From assembly GCF_000143415.4 (NCBI RefSeq), contig NW_003314496.1, positions 4,226 to 29,859 on the forward strand: DNA of 25,634 bases. Reading direction: 5' to 3'. Both the position numbers and the translations under genes were made by a program. Below, piece by piece: positions 1 through 11,781 of this stretch. The notes beneath the pieces are model-generated. The model had not been told where the DNA came from. It searched no databases and saw nothing but the letters and a program-made list of their open reading frames with translations. The number at the start of each line of letters is the position of its first letter. Position 1 is the first letter of the stretch. This stretch comes from Selaginella moellendorffii. Lineage: Eukaryota; Plantae; Lycopodiophyta.

Positions 1-485
1 GACACAGATGCAAGGAAGGAAGAGATTCTCGGTCCCGTGATCCTTCTCTACTCATACAAGTAAGCTCTCAAAGTTTCTTAGCTCCTAAAGTTCTTATTTA
101 CTCTTTTTTCTCTCTCTAAACTAAAATGGTGGTGACACAGTGATTTCAAGGAAGCCGTGAAGGAAGCTAACAACACGCATTACGGTCTCCAAGCCAGCGC
201 CTTTACGCATGATCTAAACAAGGCCTTCTATGTGTTTGAGCACATAGAGGTAGCTTTGTGTTTGAGATATAGAAAGTATTGATTGTTTGTTTGATGATTA
301 TTCGATCTTCACAAGCTGGAGGAGTTTGCCTCAATGATTCGCCAAGCATGCGCGTTGATAACCAGCCATACGGTGGGATCAAAGACTCTGCAATCCAACG
401 AGACGGTGTCAAGTACGCGATGGACGACATGCTCGAAACCAAAGTTTTAGTAATGCACAATGTAGGCAACGCGTCTTACTTTTGA
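1..485 (+). pseudogene. Aldehyde dehydrogenase (ALDH21-like) 3' fragment, copy 1; exons <1-59, 141-249, 315-485
   Basis: Spliced translation ...EEILGPVILLYSY/NDFKEAVKEANNTHYGLQASAF...EHIE/AGGVCLNDSPSMRVDNQPYGGIKDSAIQRDGVKYAMDDMLETKVLV matches the ALDH C-terminal motifs. Intron 60-140 is GT-AG. The last intron (250-314) ends in CAA instead of CAG in the phase needed, and the conserved K.SG..REG motif is altered to KDSAIQRDG. Confidence 0.85.
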
Positions 486-559
486 TCAAGCTCGAGCTCG
501 AGCTTTTGAGAACAGTAAATACAGTCTATCCACAAATGATTGCCGAGTTGTCCTCGTTT

Positions 560-1624
560 GCTAGCTCGCTCTCTAGCACCATCAACCTTTTACCTTTAGG
601 ACAGAGAATGCTTGTCTATAAGCTCCTGGGAGAAGGTCCATAGCTTGTGAGCGAGCTCGGGATCTCTGCCATAAGCACTACAGTTGGATTTGTTGAAATC
701 CACGAAGTATTGCCCGGTGACGTCCTTGAGGCTTGGATGTAAAGCCGTGTGGCACGTCGTAGCAGCGTCCTGAGAGATCAATCACGTTTTAGTCACGAAA
801 AACTTCCAGATAATTGGGAGAATTCTTCTTACCTGTGGCACATTTTTCCAAAGGAAGCTGGAGAAGAACTTGAGAACCCCTGCACGAAGATCAAAGGGCT
901 ATAAGTAACCGAAAGCTCACTCGCTCTTTAGCACCATCAACCTTTTACCTTTAGGACGGAGAACGCTTGTCTATAAGCTCCTGGGAGAAGGTCCATAGCT
1001 TGTGAGCGAGCTCGGGATCTCTGCCATAAGCGCTACAGCTGGATTTGTTGGAATCCACGAAGTATTGCCCGGTGACGTCCTTGAGGCTTGGATGTAAAGC
1101 CGTGTAGCACGTCGTAGCAGCGTCCTGAGAGATTGATCACGTATTAGCCACGAAAAACTTCCAGATAATTGGGAGAATTCTTCTTACCTGTGGCACATTT
1201 TTCCAAAGGAAGCTGGAGAAGAACTTGAGAACCCCTGCACGAAGATCAAAGGGCTATAAGTAACCGAAAGCTCACTCGCTCTTTAGCACCATCAACCTTT
1301 TACCTTTAGGACGGAGAACGCTTGTCTATAAGCTCCTGGGAGAAGGTCCATAGCTTGTGAGCGAGCTCGGGATCTCTGCCATAAGCGCTACAGCTGGATT
1401 TGTTGGAATCCACGAAGTATTGCCCGGTGACGTCCTTGAGGCTTGGATGTAAAGCCGTGTAGCACGTCGTAGCAGCGTCCTGAGAGATTGATCACGTATT
1501 AGCCACGAAAAACTTCCAGATAATTGGGAGAATTCTTCTTACCTGTGGCACATTTTTCCAAAGGAAGCTGGAGAAGAACTTGAGAACCCCTGCATGAAGA
1601 TCAAAGTTCTATAAGTAACCGAAA
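560..1624 (-). repeat. Tandem array of 3 x 355-bp units, each holding the last two exons, intron and stop codon of the SDR gene
   Basis: Minus-strand stop codons recur at 596, 951 and 1306 (period 355). The unit junction reads ...GTAACCGAAA|GCTCACTCGCTC... Confidence 0.95.
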
Positions 1625-2170
1625 ACAATGACGAGGCTAACAGACAAACTCATTATGTAGAATGTGTGCCGCATCAAAGGCGACATTATAAAACCTGGTG
1701 AGCAGCATTGGCTGTGATGTCAACTCCTTTGGCATAATCAGCGAAAGAGAAAGCATTGACGAAAGAGAAAGGTGGGAGAGATTTCAAAGCATTAGACAAA
1801 TACCTTGAATCTCATTGCCAGTTCTTTGGCATGGAGGATGTTCACGAGCTTGGATGGACTGTATGCTCTACTGTCGGAGTACCTTTTGGAAGAAAAAAGG
1901 AAGAATGTAAGCTCACGAGAAAAGAAAGTCGTTTGGTACCAGGCTTTGTCATTAAGGTGTGAGAACTGGATTCCACCGCTGTAAGTGTGATGGAGGAGAG
2001 GTTGACAATTCTTCACTGGATGCCACTTTCCTTAGCGGTCTCCATCATTTTGTCCAGGACCAAGTTTGTGAAAAGAAAATGGCCTAGAAATCACAACAAA
2101 TGAAAGAAAAGAGTCAAGACTCCCGAAAAATTCCATGGCGCATACCCACAGATGGTTTGTAGCGTAATAT
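1306..2170 (-). pseudogene. Short-chain dehydrogenase/reductase (Tic32/retinol dehydrogenase-like), 5'-truncated, copy 1
   Basis: Exon pieces YATNHL / GHFLFTNLVLDKMMETAKESGIQ*RIVNLSS / YSDSRAYSPSKLVNILHAKELAMRFK (YxxxK motif) / GVDITANA.H / VLKFFSSFLWKNVPQ / DAATTCYTALHPSLKDVTGQYFVD...LWTFS. In-frame TGA at 2013-2015, apparent 1-bp loss in the HPG codons, and no Rossmann N-terminus. Confidence 0.85.
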
Positions 2171-2399
2171 CTAGAGGTTCACAAGTCGCTGGTGGCTTGT
2201 GAACAGCCATAATAACCGTTTCTTAAACCTAAAACCAAGCTCTTTGCCACCATGTCACAATCCTCACCATTGCTTTGGAGCGTCACAGATCTGGATCGTT
2301 GAATCAAGAGCATCTGCCATAAGAAAAAATGGATATTCTAAAAATGGAATATGTGACGCCGATGCCAAAATAGCAACTTTAAATAAAGAGTTTGACTAG

Positions 2400-5300
2400 C
2401 AGAGAGACCCCAGCTCCGCTGGGAGATATAGCATACCTAAGATAAATAAATCTTCTTTTCTAATTTTATTATATACAAGGTTAAATTTATCAGATGCATT
2501 ATAATTTATTATCAGATAAATGATCAAAAAAATTATCAGATAAATGATAAATGATAAATCATAGACGAGTTATAATATAGTGATATAAAATTTACATTGT
2601 GAGTTCCAAGGAAGAATGGTGGATTATATGCAACCAAAAAGAATGACTCACTAGATGATACAAAAAAGTTTAAATAAAGGAAAAAGGTTTTTAAACAAGA
2701 GTTTTTGCAATTAGTTAAAGGTCTTAGGATACTTAGGGTTAAGTATATTTAGGTTTGAGTAGTATTTATATATAATTTATTGTATTAATGTTCTAAATTT
2801 TTTTTGTATTTTTAGATTAATAATATTTTGGTTTAGATTATATCTTTAAATAAATCTAAATTATAAACTGAAAGTATCTATAAATTAGTTATATATTAAT
2901 GTGTTACCAAATTTCAAGTTATAATTCTGTTGTGAATATACAAGTGACAATAGAAATGATGAATAACATGCATTATTCCCCCTTTCAATTATATTTTGAG
3001 ACTCTTGGTAGAGAAGCTCTCATATCCAAAGCTTGATTTTAGAGCTTGATATAGTTTATCTCTGGGAGATATAGCATACCCAAGATAAATAAATCTTCTT
3101 TTTATAAATTTACAATTTTAGAAATTTGGATTTTATATAAAGTTCGATTTATCTAAAATTTTCTGCTATTCATCTCTAAAGAAATGCACAATAATGCAAA
3201 TAGATAATAATGCAAGTGTTGGGGAAGATAAGATCATTTTTAATCATCAATAAATTTGAATTTGATGTTTCATTGCCTTTATAAAAAAGGTGCACAACCC
3301 TAAACACACATGCAGGATTTTTGCCTTGCTTGAAAAGCACTTGACTTTTCACAAAACAAAAAAATCATAGACTACCAAAAACAAAATAGCTTAGTTTGGA
3401 GAAATTTTAATTTTAATTGCATACTGAGTTAAATTATTTTTATCTGAACTATAATGATGCCTCTAACATTCATATTTTACTAAAGAATAATAGAATTTCT
3501 ATTATCTGTGGTTTTATATTTTTAAACATACATAAATAAATGTATCTAGCTTGCTACCATATTTATATTAAACCTCATAAGCCAACAGTGGAGAATAGTT
3601 TACATTCTAGATTCTAAATCAGACTAATATTCTTTTATCTTCATCCAAATATAATAATTACATCAGAGATATAATGTTTGTATTAAGACAAATCTGTATT
3701 AAATCTTAATGATAAAACTATGAATTCATGTCTCATATATGACATGGTATCTAATATGGTATAAGATATCTCATACACATACAAATATCAAATCCATTTC
3801 TTAATAATATCTAAAAATTTAACAAAGTCTTTTATGTTTTTAATTAGTCTTCTTGCTCATAACCTTACTTTAATCTACCAGCAGCTTTACATGAGTTTTA
3901 TCTTTTGCCTCAATATTGACACGATGATTTATTTGCTATAGTTAAACCATATGGTTTACATAAGTCTTTTGATCTTGCTCTAGATTTGTTCTGCATATGT
4001 ATTATCTCAATTGCTATCAGAACATAAGGAAAATATCTTGTTAGTTCAAAATGGTAAATTAAGTATTTAAAAGAATAAAAGTTAATGGTTTCTTGATAGA
4101 GAAAAATTATATGTCACATTTATGAAAAACATACAACTCCTCTGGGAATATATAGAAATAATATTTTTTAAAATACTTTTATTAGCTGTTTTATAAAATA
4201 AAAATTATTAATACACCAACATGCTCTACCAATAAATCAAGAGTGTGTAAGACATTTTGTACCTATTAAGTCCTCTATTTTCAATTATAATATAAGATAT
4301 TGTTATAGACACTAATTTTTTATATTCTATTTTAATATATTTTTTTTTCAATTAAATGTTTTCAAAAAAGTATATATAATTAAATCTCCATAATTACATA
4401 GCATGTTTTTTGTTTATGTTCTTTTTATATTTGTATTTGACATCCTCCCCATTCATAATATTTATATTTATACATTTAGGAGTACTAATTAAAAGTTAAA
4501 GTATTTTATTATTTATCATTATCATTGTTTATGGATATAGTTTAATATAAAAAGAATGCTAATATGAATTAAGTTTATTATCTCTAAAGCTTCTTTTTTT
4601 AAATTTAAATTTATTGCATTTAACAATGTTATTGAGACTAAAATGTTTCAATGAAAAGTAAGGTTATACTTGGATATTAGGGTATTGATGATATATAATC
4701 ATTTATGTCCTAAACCATAACATATCAGAAAATTTAAGAATGTTTCATAGATGTAATTTAATAATATTAAGAGTTTAGGAATCACATTTTTTAGATGGTT
4801 TCCTTTTGTATTGTGTCTAATGTTGTCTCAATCATATTTTTTTCTATACGTCATTATATTTATTTATTTTTTCAATGTATCAAAGAACACATTATTAGTC
4901 TTAAAAAACGTATTATAACTTTATGATTTTACACAGATCTTAGAGTATATATGAGCTAACCAACAACTCTATGTGAATAGATTAATTGATGAATCTGTAA
5001 TAAGTATCATAAGATTATTCATAAAATTAAACCTACTTTATAAGATAAAATAATAAGTAAATGTATCTAGATATTCACACTATATTATAGGTGTTTGAAA
5101 AGAGGTACATCCAAATATAATAATTATATTGGAGATATAATGTTTGTATTAGGACAAACCAGTACTAATGCTTTATGATAAAACTATGCATTCCAATTTA
5201 AAAATACATTACTATTAAATGATTCAACACTACTTACTATTGAAAAACTATATAAACGGACACATTATTACATTCTTAAAATATATTATAAAAATATTAA

Positions 5301-6100
5301 TATTTTAAATATAAACATGGATCAGACACATTACTATGTAAATATTAATGTTGATATATTTTTTATAAAAAACTATATAATGTCATTAAAAATATAAATA
5401 TTTAATTATTTATTGTTACATATTTATTTTATAAAAAACATTGTAGTAGTAAATTTATCATTTGTGAGTAAAGTCTTACTATTGTATTTTATTCTCAATA
5501 CTTCATCATTTTATTGTATTAAAATTTACATTGTTGATAGTTAAATTTTAAAGAATTTTTAAAAGTTAAAATTGTATAGTTAGATATCATTTTGCTATGT
5601 TAACAAAAAATATATTGATATTTACTATACTTTTCAAATAATATAAACTATATTAATGACATTTAAGTCAAGTATAACAATTATTTATCAAAACATTTAT
5701 AAAAATAATATTTACAGGTATTATGTATTTTAATTTTATGATGAATGTTAGAAAACTCTACTCTTGAAGACTAAATATGATTTAAGAAATTAATTTTACT
5801 TATACAAGTCCTCCAAAACTAATCACATTTTTTAAATTTACTCAACTATATGTATGTTTTGGATATTTATATCATCAACAATTTCTCTGAATAGAAAAAT
5901 AAATTAGTTTGTAACATAATTAGTAATTTATATTTCAAAACAATAGCACTCTTTTATTTTCTTTCTTGTTTCAAATACTCCACTATCTGGTTTTTAACTA
6001 AGAATCTATACTTTAAATATTAATTGTTTTTTTGATACTCAAATTTATGATTCAGTAATGGTTTATATATTTCTCATCTTGTAAAACCCATCTATAACAC
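2400..6100. repeat. Very AT-rich non-coding region built from dispersed repeats (probably non-autonomous TE remnants)
   Basis: Motif GGGAGATATAGCATACCCAAGATAAATAAATCTTCTTTT at ~2420, ~3063, ~10383, ~18212 and ~19117. 3640-3722 resembles 5107-5190, and 4425-4636 resembles 18650-18864. No ORFs. Confidence 0.6.
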
Positions 6101-6128
6101 TCAAATTCTATTGCCACTATCTACATCC

Positions 6129-7052
6129 TTGGAGTTGAGGTGGGAATATGTTGATATTGTAAATGGACTTAGCATATATAACAAAAGCACCACAAGGGAT
6201 TCTATCGAAGCAGCCAGTTGTGTATTCACATGCAGCATCTTTACGTGAGAGGTGGCCTTTACAAGGAGGTATCTGACACTCATATTTAAATTCTATTGTA
6301 TTCTTTGTTCTCAAATCAAGCTTTGATCTAATGTATCTGGTGCTGGTTGTGTAGGTGAAGGCCGCATTGATTGCTGCCTTTAAGAAACTCAAAGGTGGAG
6401 ATCCTCGCCAAGATGACACGTCCATCAGGCCCATGATATCCAAGTCGTCGGCAGCTATAGTGGAGAAGAGCGTGAACGAGGCAGTGAAGGCAGGTGCCAA
6501 ACTTCTAGTTGGTAGTAAGCAAAGGGGAGCTTTCATGGAGCCAACGATCCTGGAAGACGCTCCCTTTGACACAGATGCAAGGAAGGAAGAGATTCTTGGT
6601 CCCGTGATCCTTCTCTACTCATACAAGTAAGCTCTCAAAGTTTCTTAGCTCCTAAAGTTCTTATTTACTCTTTTTTCTCTCTCTAAACTAAAACGGTGGT
6701 GACACAGTGATTTCAAGGAAGCCGTGAAGGAAGCTAACAGCATGCATTACGGTCTCCAAGCCAGCGCCTTTATGCATGATCTAAACAAGGCTTTCTATGT
6801 GTTTGAGCACATAGAGGTAGCTTTGTGTTTGAGATATAGAAAGTATTGATTGTTTGTTTGATGATTATTCGATCTTCACAAGCTGGAGGAGTTTGCCTCA
6901 ATGATTCGCCAAGCATGCGCGTTGATAGCCAGCCATACGGTGGGATCAAAGACTCTGCAATCCAACAAGAGGGTGTCAAGTACACGATGGACGACATGCT
7001 CGAAACCAAAGTTTTAGTAATGCGCAATGTAGGCAACGCGTCTTACTTTTGA
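6129..7052 (+). pseudogene. Aldehyde dehydrogenase (ALDH21-like) 3' half, copy 2; exons ~6129-6268, 6355-6626, 6708-6816, 6882-7052
   Basis: Frameshifted LEL-GGN (TTG GAG TTG A GGT GGG AAT, 6129-6147) and degenerate catalytic-Cys region GFYRSSQLCIHMQHLYV, then GDPRQDDTSIRPMIS...EPTIL...EEILGPV, YGLQAS and PYGGIKDS. GT-AG introns at 6269-6354 and 6627-6707. Same CAA acceptor defect at 6881 as in copy 1. Confidence 0.88.
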
Positions 7053-7126
7053 TCAAGCTCGAGCTCGAGCTTTTGAGAACAGTAAATACAGTCTATCCAC
7101 AAATGATTGCCGAGTTGTCCTCGTTT

Positions 7127-9608
7127 GCTAGCTCGCTCTCTAGCACCATCAACCTTTTACCTTTAGGACAGAGAATGCTTGTCTATAAGCTCCTGGGAGA
7201 AGGTCCATAGCTTGTGAGCGAGCTCGGGATCTCTGCCATAAGCGCTACAGCTGGATTTGTTGGAATCCACGAAGTATTGCCCAGTGACGTCCTTGAGGCT
7301 TGGATGTAAAGCCATGTAGCACGTCGTAGCAGCGTCCTGAGAGATCGATCACGTATTAGCCACGAAAAACTTCCAGATAATTGGGAGAATTCTTCTTACC
7401 TGTGGCATATTTTTCCAAAGGAAGCTGGAGAAGAACTTGAGAACCCCTGCATGAAGATCAAAGGTCCATAAGTAACCAAAAGCTCACTCGCTCTTTAGCA
7501 CCATCAACCTTTTACCTTTAGGACAGAGAATGCTTGTCTATAAGCTCCTGGGAGAAGGTCCATAGCTTGTGAGCGAGCTCGGGATCTCTGCCATAAGCAC
7601 TACAGTTGGATTTGTTGAAATCCACGAAGTATTGCCCGGTGACGTCCTTGAGGCTTGGACGTAAAGCCGTGTAGCACGTCGTAGCAGCGTCCTGAGAGAT
7701 CAATCACGTTTTAGTCATGAAAAACTTCCAGATGATTGGGAGAATTCTTCTTACCTGTGGCACATTTTTCCAAAGGAAGCTGGAGAAGAACTTGAGAACC
7801 CCTGCATGAAGATCAAAGGTCCATAAGTAACCGAAAGCTCACTCGCTCTTTAGCACCATCAACCTTTTACCTTTAGGACGGAGAACGCTTGTCTATAAGC
7901 TCCTGGGAGAAGGTCCATAGCTTGTGAGCGAGCTCGGGATCTCTGCCATAAGCGCTACAGCTGGATTTGTTGGAATCCACGAAGTATTGCCCGGTGACAT
8001 CCTTGAGGCTTGGATGTAAAGCCGTGTAGCACGTCGTAGCAGCGTCCTGAGAGATCAATCACGTTTAGTCACGAAAAACTTCCAGATAATTGGCAGAATT
8101 CTTCATACCTGTGGCACATTTTTCCAAAGGAAGCTGGAGAAGAATTTGAGAACCCCTGCATGAAGATCAAAGGTCCATAAGTAACCAAAAGCTCACTTGC
8201 TCTTTAGCACCATCAACCTTTTACCTTTAGGACGGAGAACGCTTGTCTATAAGCTCCTGGGAGAAGGTCCATAGCTTGTGAGCGAGCTCGGGATCTCTGC
8301 CATAAGCGCTACAGCTGGATTTGTTGGAATCCACGAAGTATTGCCCGGTGACATCCTTGAGGCTTGGATGTAAAGCCGTGTAGCACGTCGTAGCAGCGTC
8401 CTGAGAGATCAATCACGTTTAGTCACGAAAAACTTCCAGATAATTGGCAGAATTCTTCATACCTGTGGCACATTTTTCCAAAGGAAGCTGGAGAAGAATT
8501 TGAGAACCCCTGCATGAAGATCAAAGGTCCATAAGTAACCAAAAGCTCACTTGCTCTTTAGCACCATCAACCTTTTACCTTTAGGACGGAGAACGCTTGT
8601 CTATAAGCTCCTGGGAGAAGGTCCATAGCTTGTGAGCGAGCTCGGGATCTCTGCCATAAGCGCTACAGCTGGATTTGTTGGAATCCACGAAGTATTGCCC
8701 GGTGACGTCCTTGAGGCTTGGATGTAAAGCCATGTAGCACGTTGTAGCAGCGTCCTGAGAGATTGATCACGTATTAGCCACAAAAAACTTCCAGATAATT
8801 GGGAGAATTCTTCTTACCTGTGGCACATTTTTCCAAAGGAAGCTGGAGAAGAACCTGAGAACCCCTGCATGAAGATCAAAGGGCCATAAGTAACCGAAAG
8901 CTCACTCGCTCTTTAGCACCATCAACCTTTTACCTTTAGGACGGAGAACACTTGTCTATAAGCTCCTGGGAGAAGGTCCATAGCTTGTGAGTGAGCTCGG
9001 GATCTCTGCCATAAGCGCTACAGCTGGATTTGTTGGAATCCACGAAGTATTGCCCGGTGACGTCCTTGAGGCTTGGATGTAAAGCCGTGTAGCACGTCGT
9101 AGCAGCGCCCTGAGAGATCAATCACGTATTAGTCACGAAAAACTTCCAGATAATTGGGAGAATTCTTCTTACCTGTGGCACATTTTTCCAAAGGAAGCTG
9201 GAGAAGAACTTGAGAACCCCTGCATGAAGATCAAAGGGCCATAAGTAACCGAAAGTTCACTCGTTCTTTAGTACCATCAACCTTTAACCTTTAGGACGGA
9301 GAACGCTGTCTATAAGCTCCTGAGAGAAGGTCCATAGCTTGTGAGCGAGCTCGGGATCTCTGCCATAAGCGCTACAGCTGGATTTGTTGGAATCCACGAA
9401 GTATTTCCCGGTGACGTCCTTGAGGCTTGGATGTAAAGCCGTGTAGCACGTCGTAGCAGCGCCCTGAGAGATCAATCACGTATTAGTCACGAAAAACTTC
9501 CAGATAATTGGGAGAATTCTTCTTACCTGTGGCACATTTTTCCAAAGGAAGCTGGAGAAGAACTTGAGAAACCCTGCATGAAGATCAAAGTTCCATAAGT
9601 AACCGAAA
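7127..9608 (-). repeat. Tandem array of 7 x ~355-bp SDR terminal-exon units
   Basis: Stop-codon positions recur at 7163, 7518, 7873, 8227, 8581, 8936 and 9291. The ORF track shows the repeated peptide (D/G)AATTCYTALHPSLKDVTGQYFVD. Confidence 0.95.
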
Positions 9609-10134
9609 ACAATGACGAGGCTAACAGACAAACTCATTATGTAGAATGTGTGCCACATCAAAGGCGACATTATAAACCCCGGTGAACAGCATTGGCTGTG
9701 ATGTCAACTCCTTTGGCATAATCAGCGAAAGAGAAAGCATTGACAAAAGAGAAAGGTGGGAGAGATTTCAAAGCATTAGACAAATACCTTGAATCTCATT
9801 GCCAGTTCTTTGGCATGGAGGATGTTCACGAGCTTGGATGGACTGTATGCTCTACTGTCGGAGTACCTTTTGGAAGAAAAAAGGAAGGAAAGTCGTTTGG
9901 TACTAGGCTTTGTCATTAAGGTGTGAGAACTGGATTCCACCGCTGTAAGTGTGATGGAGGAGAGGTTGACAATTCTTCACTGGATGCCACTTTCCTTAGC
10001 AGTCTCCATCATTTTGTCCAGGAGCAAGTTTGTGAAAAGAAAATGGCCTAGAAATCACAACAAATGAAAGAAAAGAGTCAAGACTCCCGAAAAATTCCAT
10101 GGCGCATACCCACAGATGGTTTGTAGCGTAATAT
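9284..10134 (-). pseudogene. SDR (Tic32-like), 5'-truncated, copy 2
   Basis: Same exons as copy 1, shared TGA (9977-9979), 1-bp deletion near 9307 that frameshifts the final exon (IDSVLRPKG), and the same truncation point. Confidence 0.85.
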
Positions 10135-10618
10135 CTAGAGGTTCACAACTCGCTGGTGGCTTGTGAACAGCCATAATAACCGTTTCTTAAACCTAAAACC
10201 AAGCTCTTTGCCACCATGTCACAATCCTCACCATTGCTTTGGAGCGTCACAGATCTGGATCGTTGAATCAAGAGCATCTGCCATAAGAAAAAATGGATAT
10301 TCTAAAAATGGAATATGTGACGCCGATGCCAAAATAGCAACTTTAAATAAAGAGTTTGACTAGAAGAGACCCCAGCTCTGCTGGGAGATATATCATACCC
10401 AAGATAAATAGGTCTTCTTTTTCTAATTTTATTGTATACAAAGTTAAATTTATCAGATGCATTATAATTTATTATCAGGTAAATGATAAATCAGAAATCA
10501 TAGATGAATTCTCAATAAAAAATTTAGTTATAATTCTATTGTTGTGAATATTCAAGTGACAATAGAAATGATGACTAACATATATTATTCCCCCTTTCAA
10601 TTATATTCTGAGGCTCTC

Positions 10619-11766
10619 TGTAAGGAACCAACTCGCCGAGGTGTCGTAGGCTAAGGGAACCCCGAAAGCATGACCAAAATGACAAAGAGTTCATCGGATG
10701 GGACCAAGTCAAAGATCGAGTCCAAGACCGACTCTAGGACCGAGTTCGAGATAGAGTCCGGAATCGAGTCCAAGACCGACTCGGGGACCAAGTTCGAGTC
10801 CGAGTTCGAGACCGAGTTCGAGACGGAGTCCGAGATCCGAAATCGGGTCCGAGACCGAGTCCGAAGTCGAGTCCGAGGTCGGGCCCGAGATCGGGTCCGA
10901 GATCGAGTCCGCGATCGAGTCCGAGACCGAATCCGAAGTCGGATCCGAAATCGGATCCGAGATCGAGCCAGAGACTAAGTCCAAATACTAATACGGGTCA
11001 AGGGGTGAAAGCCCAAAGCGTGCGTCCCCCAGGGGGGGGGGGCTGCAGGGGGTTCCAAAAGTATAGTAGGGATAGTGAGGTCCAGGAACCAGTTTTGAAG
11101 GGACTCTCCAGTTGGGCTTCCAAACCGACTTGAGGTTGGGACTGGGACTAAGGGGCCTTGGGTGGGAGTGAGCATGGACTTGGCTGGTGCCGGAGGGGCC
11201 ATCCAAGGAAGTGCTCAAGAGCAGCTCCCACTCCCGAAAGGGAAACCGATTGCGGTGCTCCCGGCTCATGTGGAGTGGTGCCCCACTTGAGTACCATGCG
11301 GCTCATTGGTCCTCGCCCTTCCTAGGGGCTTGGGCCTTCCTTCGGGATGGAAGTGGGGGGCGAGAGGTACCCATACCGGGCCGTTAGGCCACGGTGTTTC
11401 GCCCCGGCGTCCCGAAGCAAGTGTTGCACTCAAGACTTGGGATTTAGAGGGTCCCATGATCAAGTCTTGTGGTACCAAGGGATGTTAGGAACCTGGAAGC
11501 TTGGTGTGCTTGGCTGCTTGTGCTTGCGGGGAGTGTAGCCGAACCTTAAGTCCAGTCTAACCCGGGGAGGGGGATTGGGAGTGATTTGGGAATCCGTGGA
11601 AGGATGGCTAACACTCCGTTGCTCGTGCAGTGAGTAGCTGAAACCAAGTAGGAGCTGGTACCATAGGCGAGAACCTTGGCAAGGGAACTTAGCAAAAGCC
11701 AAGGCAGTGTTGGACGGATAGACGAGGTAAGCTGGCAAATTGGAAAGGAAAAATTTGTGGCTTACA
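10619..11766 (+). repeat. 5' LTR
   Basis: Direct repeat of 17003-18150 (offset 6384). Only four substitutions found by eye (10790, 11383, 11423, 11638), all transitions. Confidence 0.97.
10712..10976 (+). repeat. Degenerate hexamer array (GAGTCC/GAGACC/GAGATC/GAGTTC variants) inside the LTR; second copy ~17096-17360
   Basis: 6-bp periodicity is visible directly and produces the low-complexity ES/RD-rich spurious ORFs. Confidence 0.9.
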
Positions 11767-11769
11767 ATT

Positions 11770-11781
11770 TGGTATCGGAGC
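11770..11781 (+). promoter_or_regulatory. Primer binding site for initiator tRNA-Met
   Basis: TGGTATCGGAGC, 3 nt after the LTR end; one mismatch to the canonical plant TGGTATCAGAGC. Confidence 0.92.

Larger units (their letters stand above)
1..2575 (+). repeat. Segmental tandem duplication, copy 1 (copy 2 at 6568-~10510; offset 6567 before the array)
   Basis: Near-identical sequence: 1-560 matches 6568-7127 and 1625-2575 matches ~9609-10510. More diverged homology continues 2915-3250 vs 10525-10618 plus 18151-18400. Confidence 0.92.

Noticed and set aside
488-505. 18-bp palindrome AAGCTCGAGCTCGAGCTT after the ALDH stop (also 7055-7072)
   Set aside because: Explained by a short GAGCTC repeat; no evidence of function.
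560-9608. Repeat arrays as CRISPR-like loci
   Set aside because: The units are contiguous 355-bp exon/intron duplicates with no unique spacers, in a eukaryotic context.
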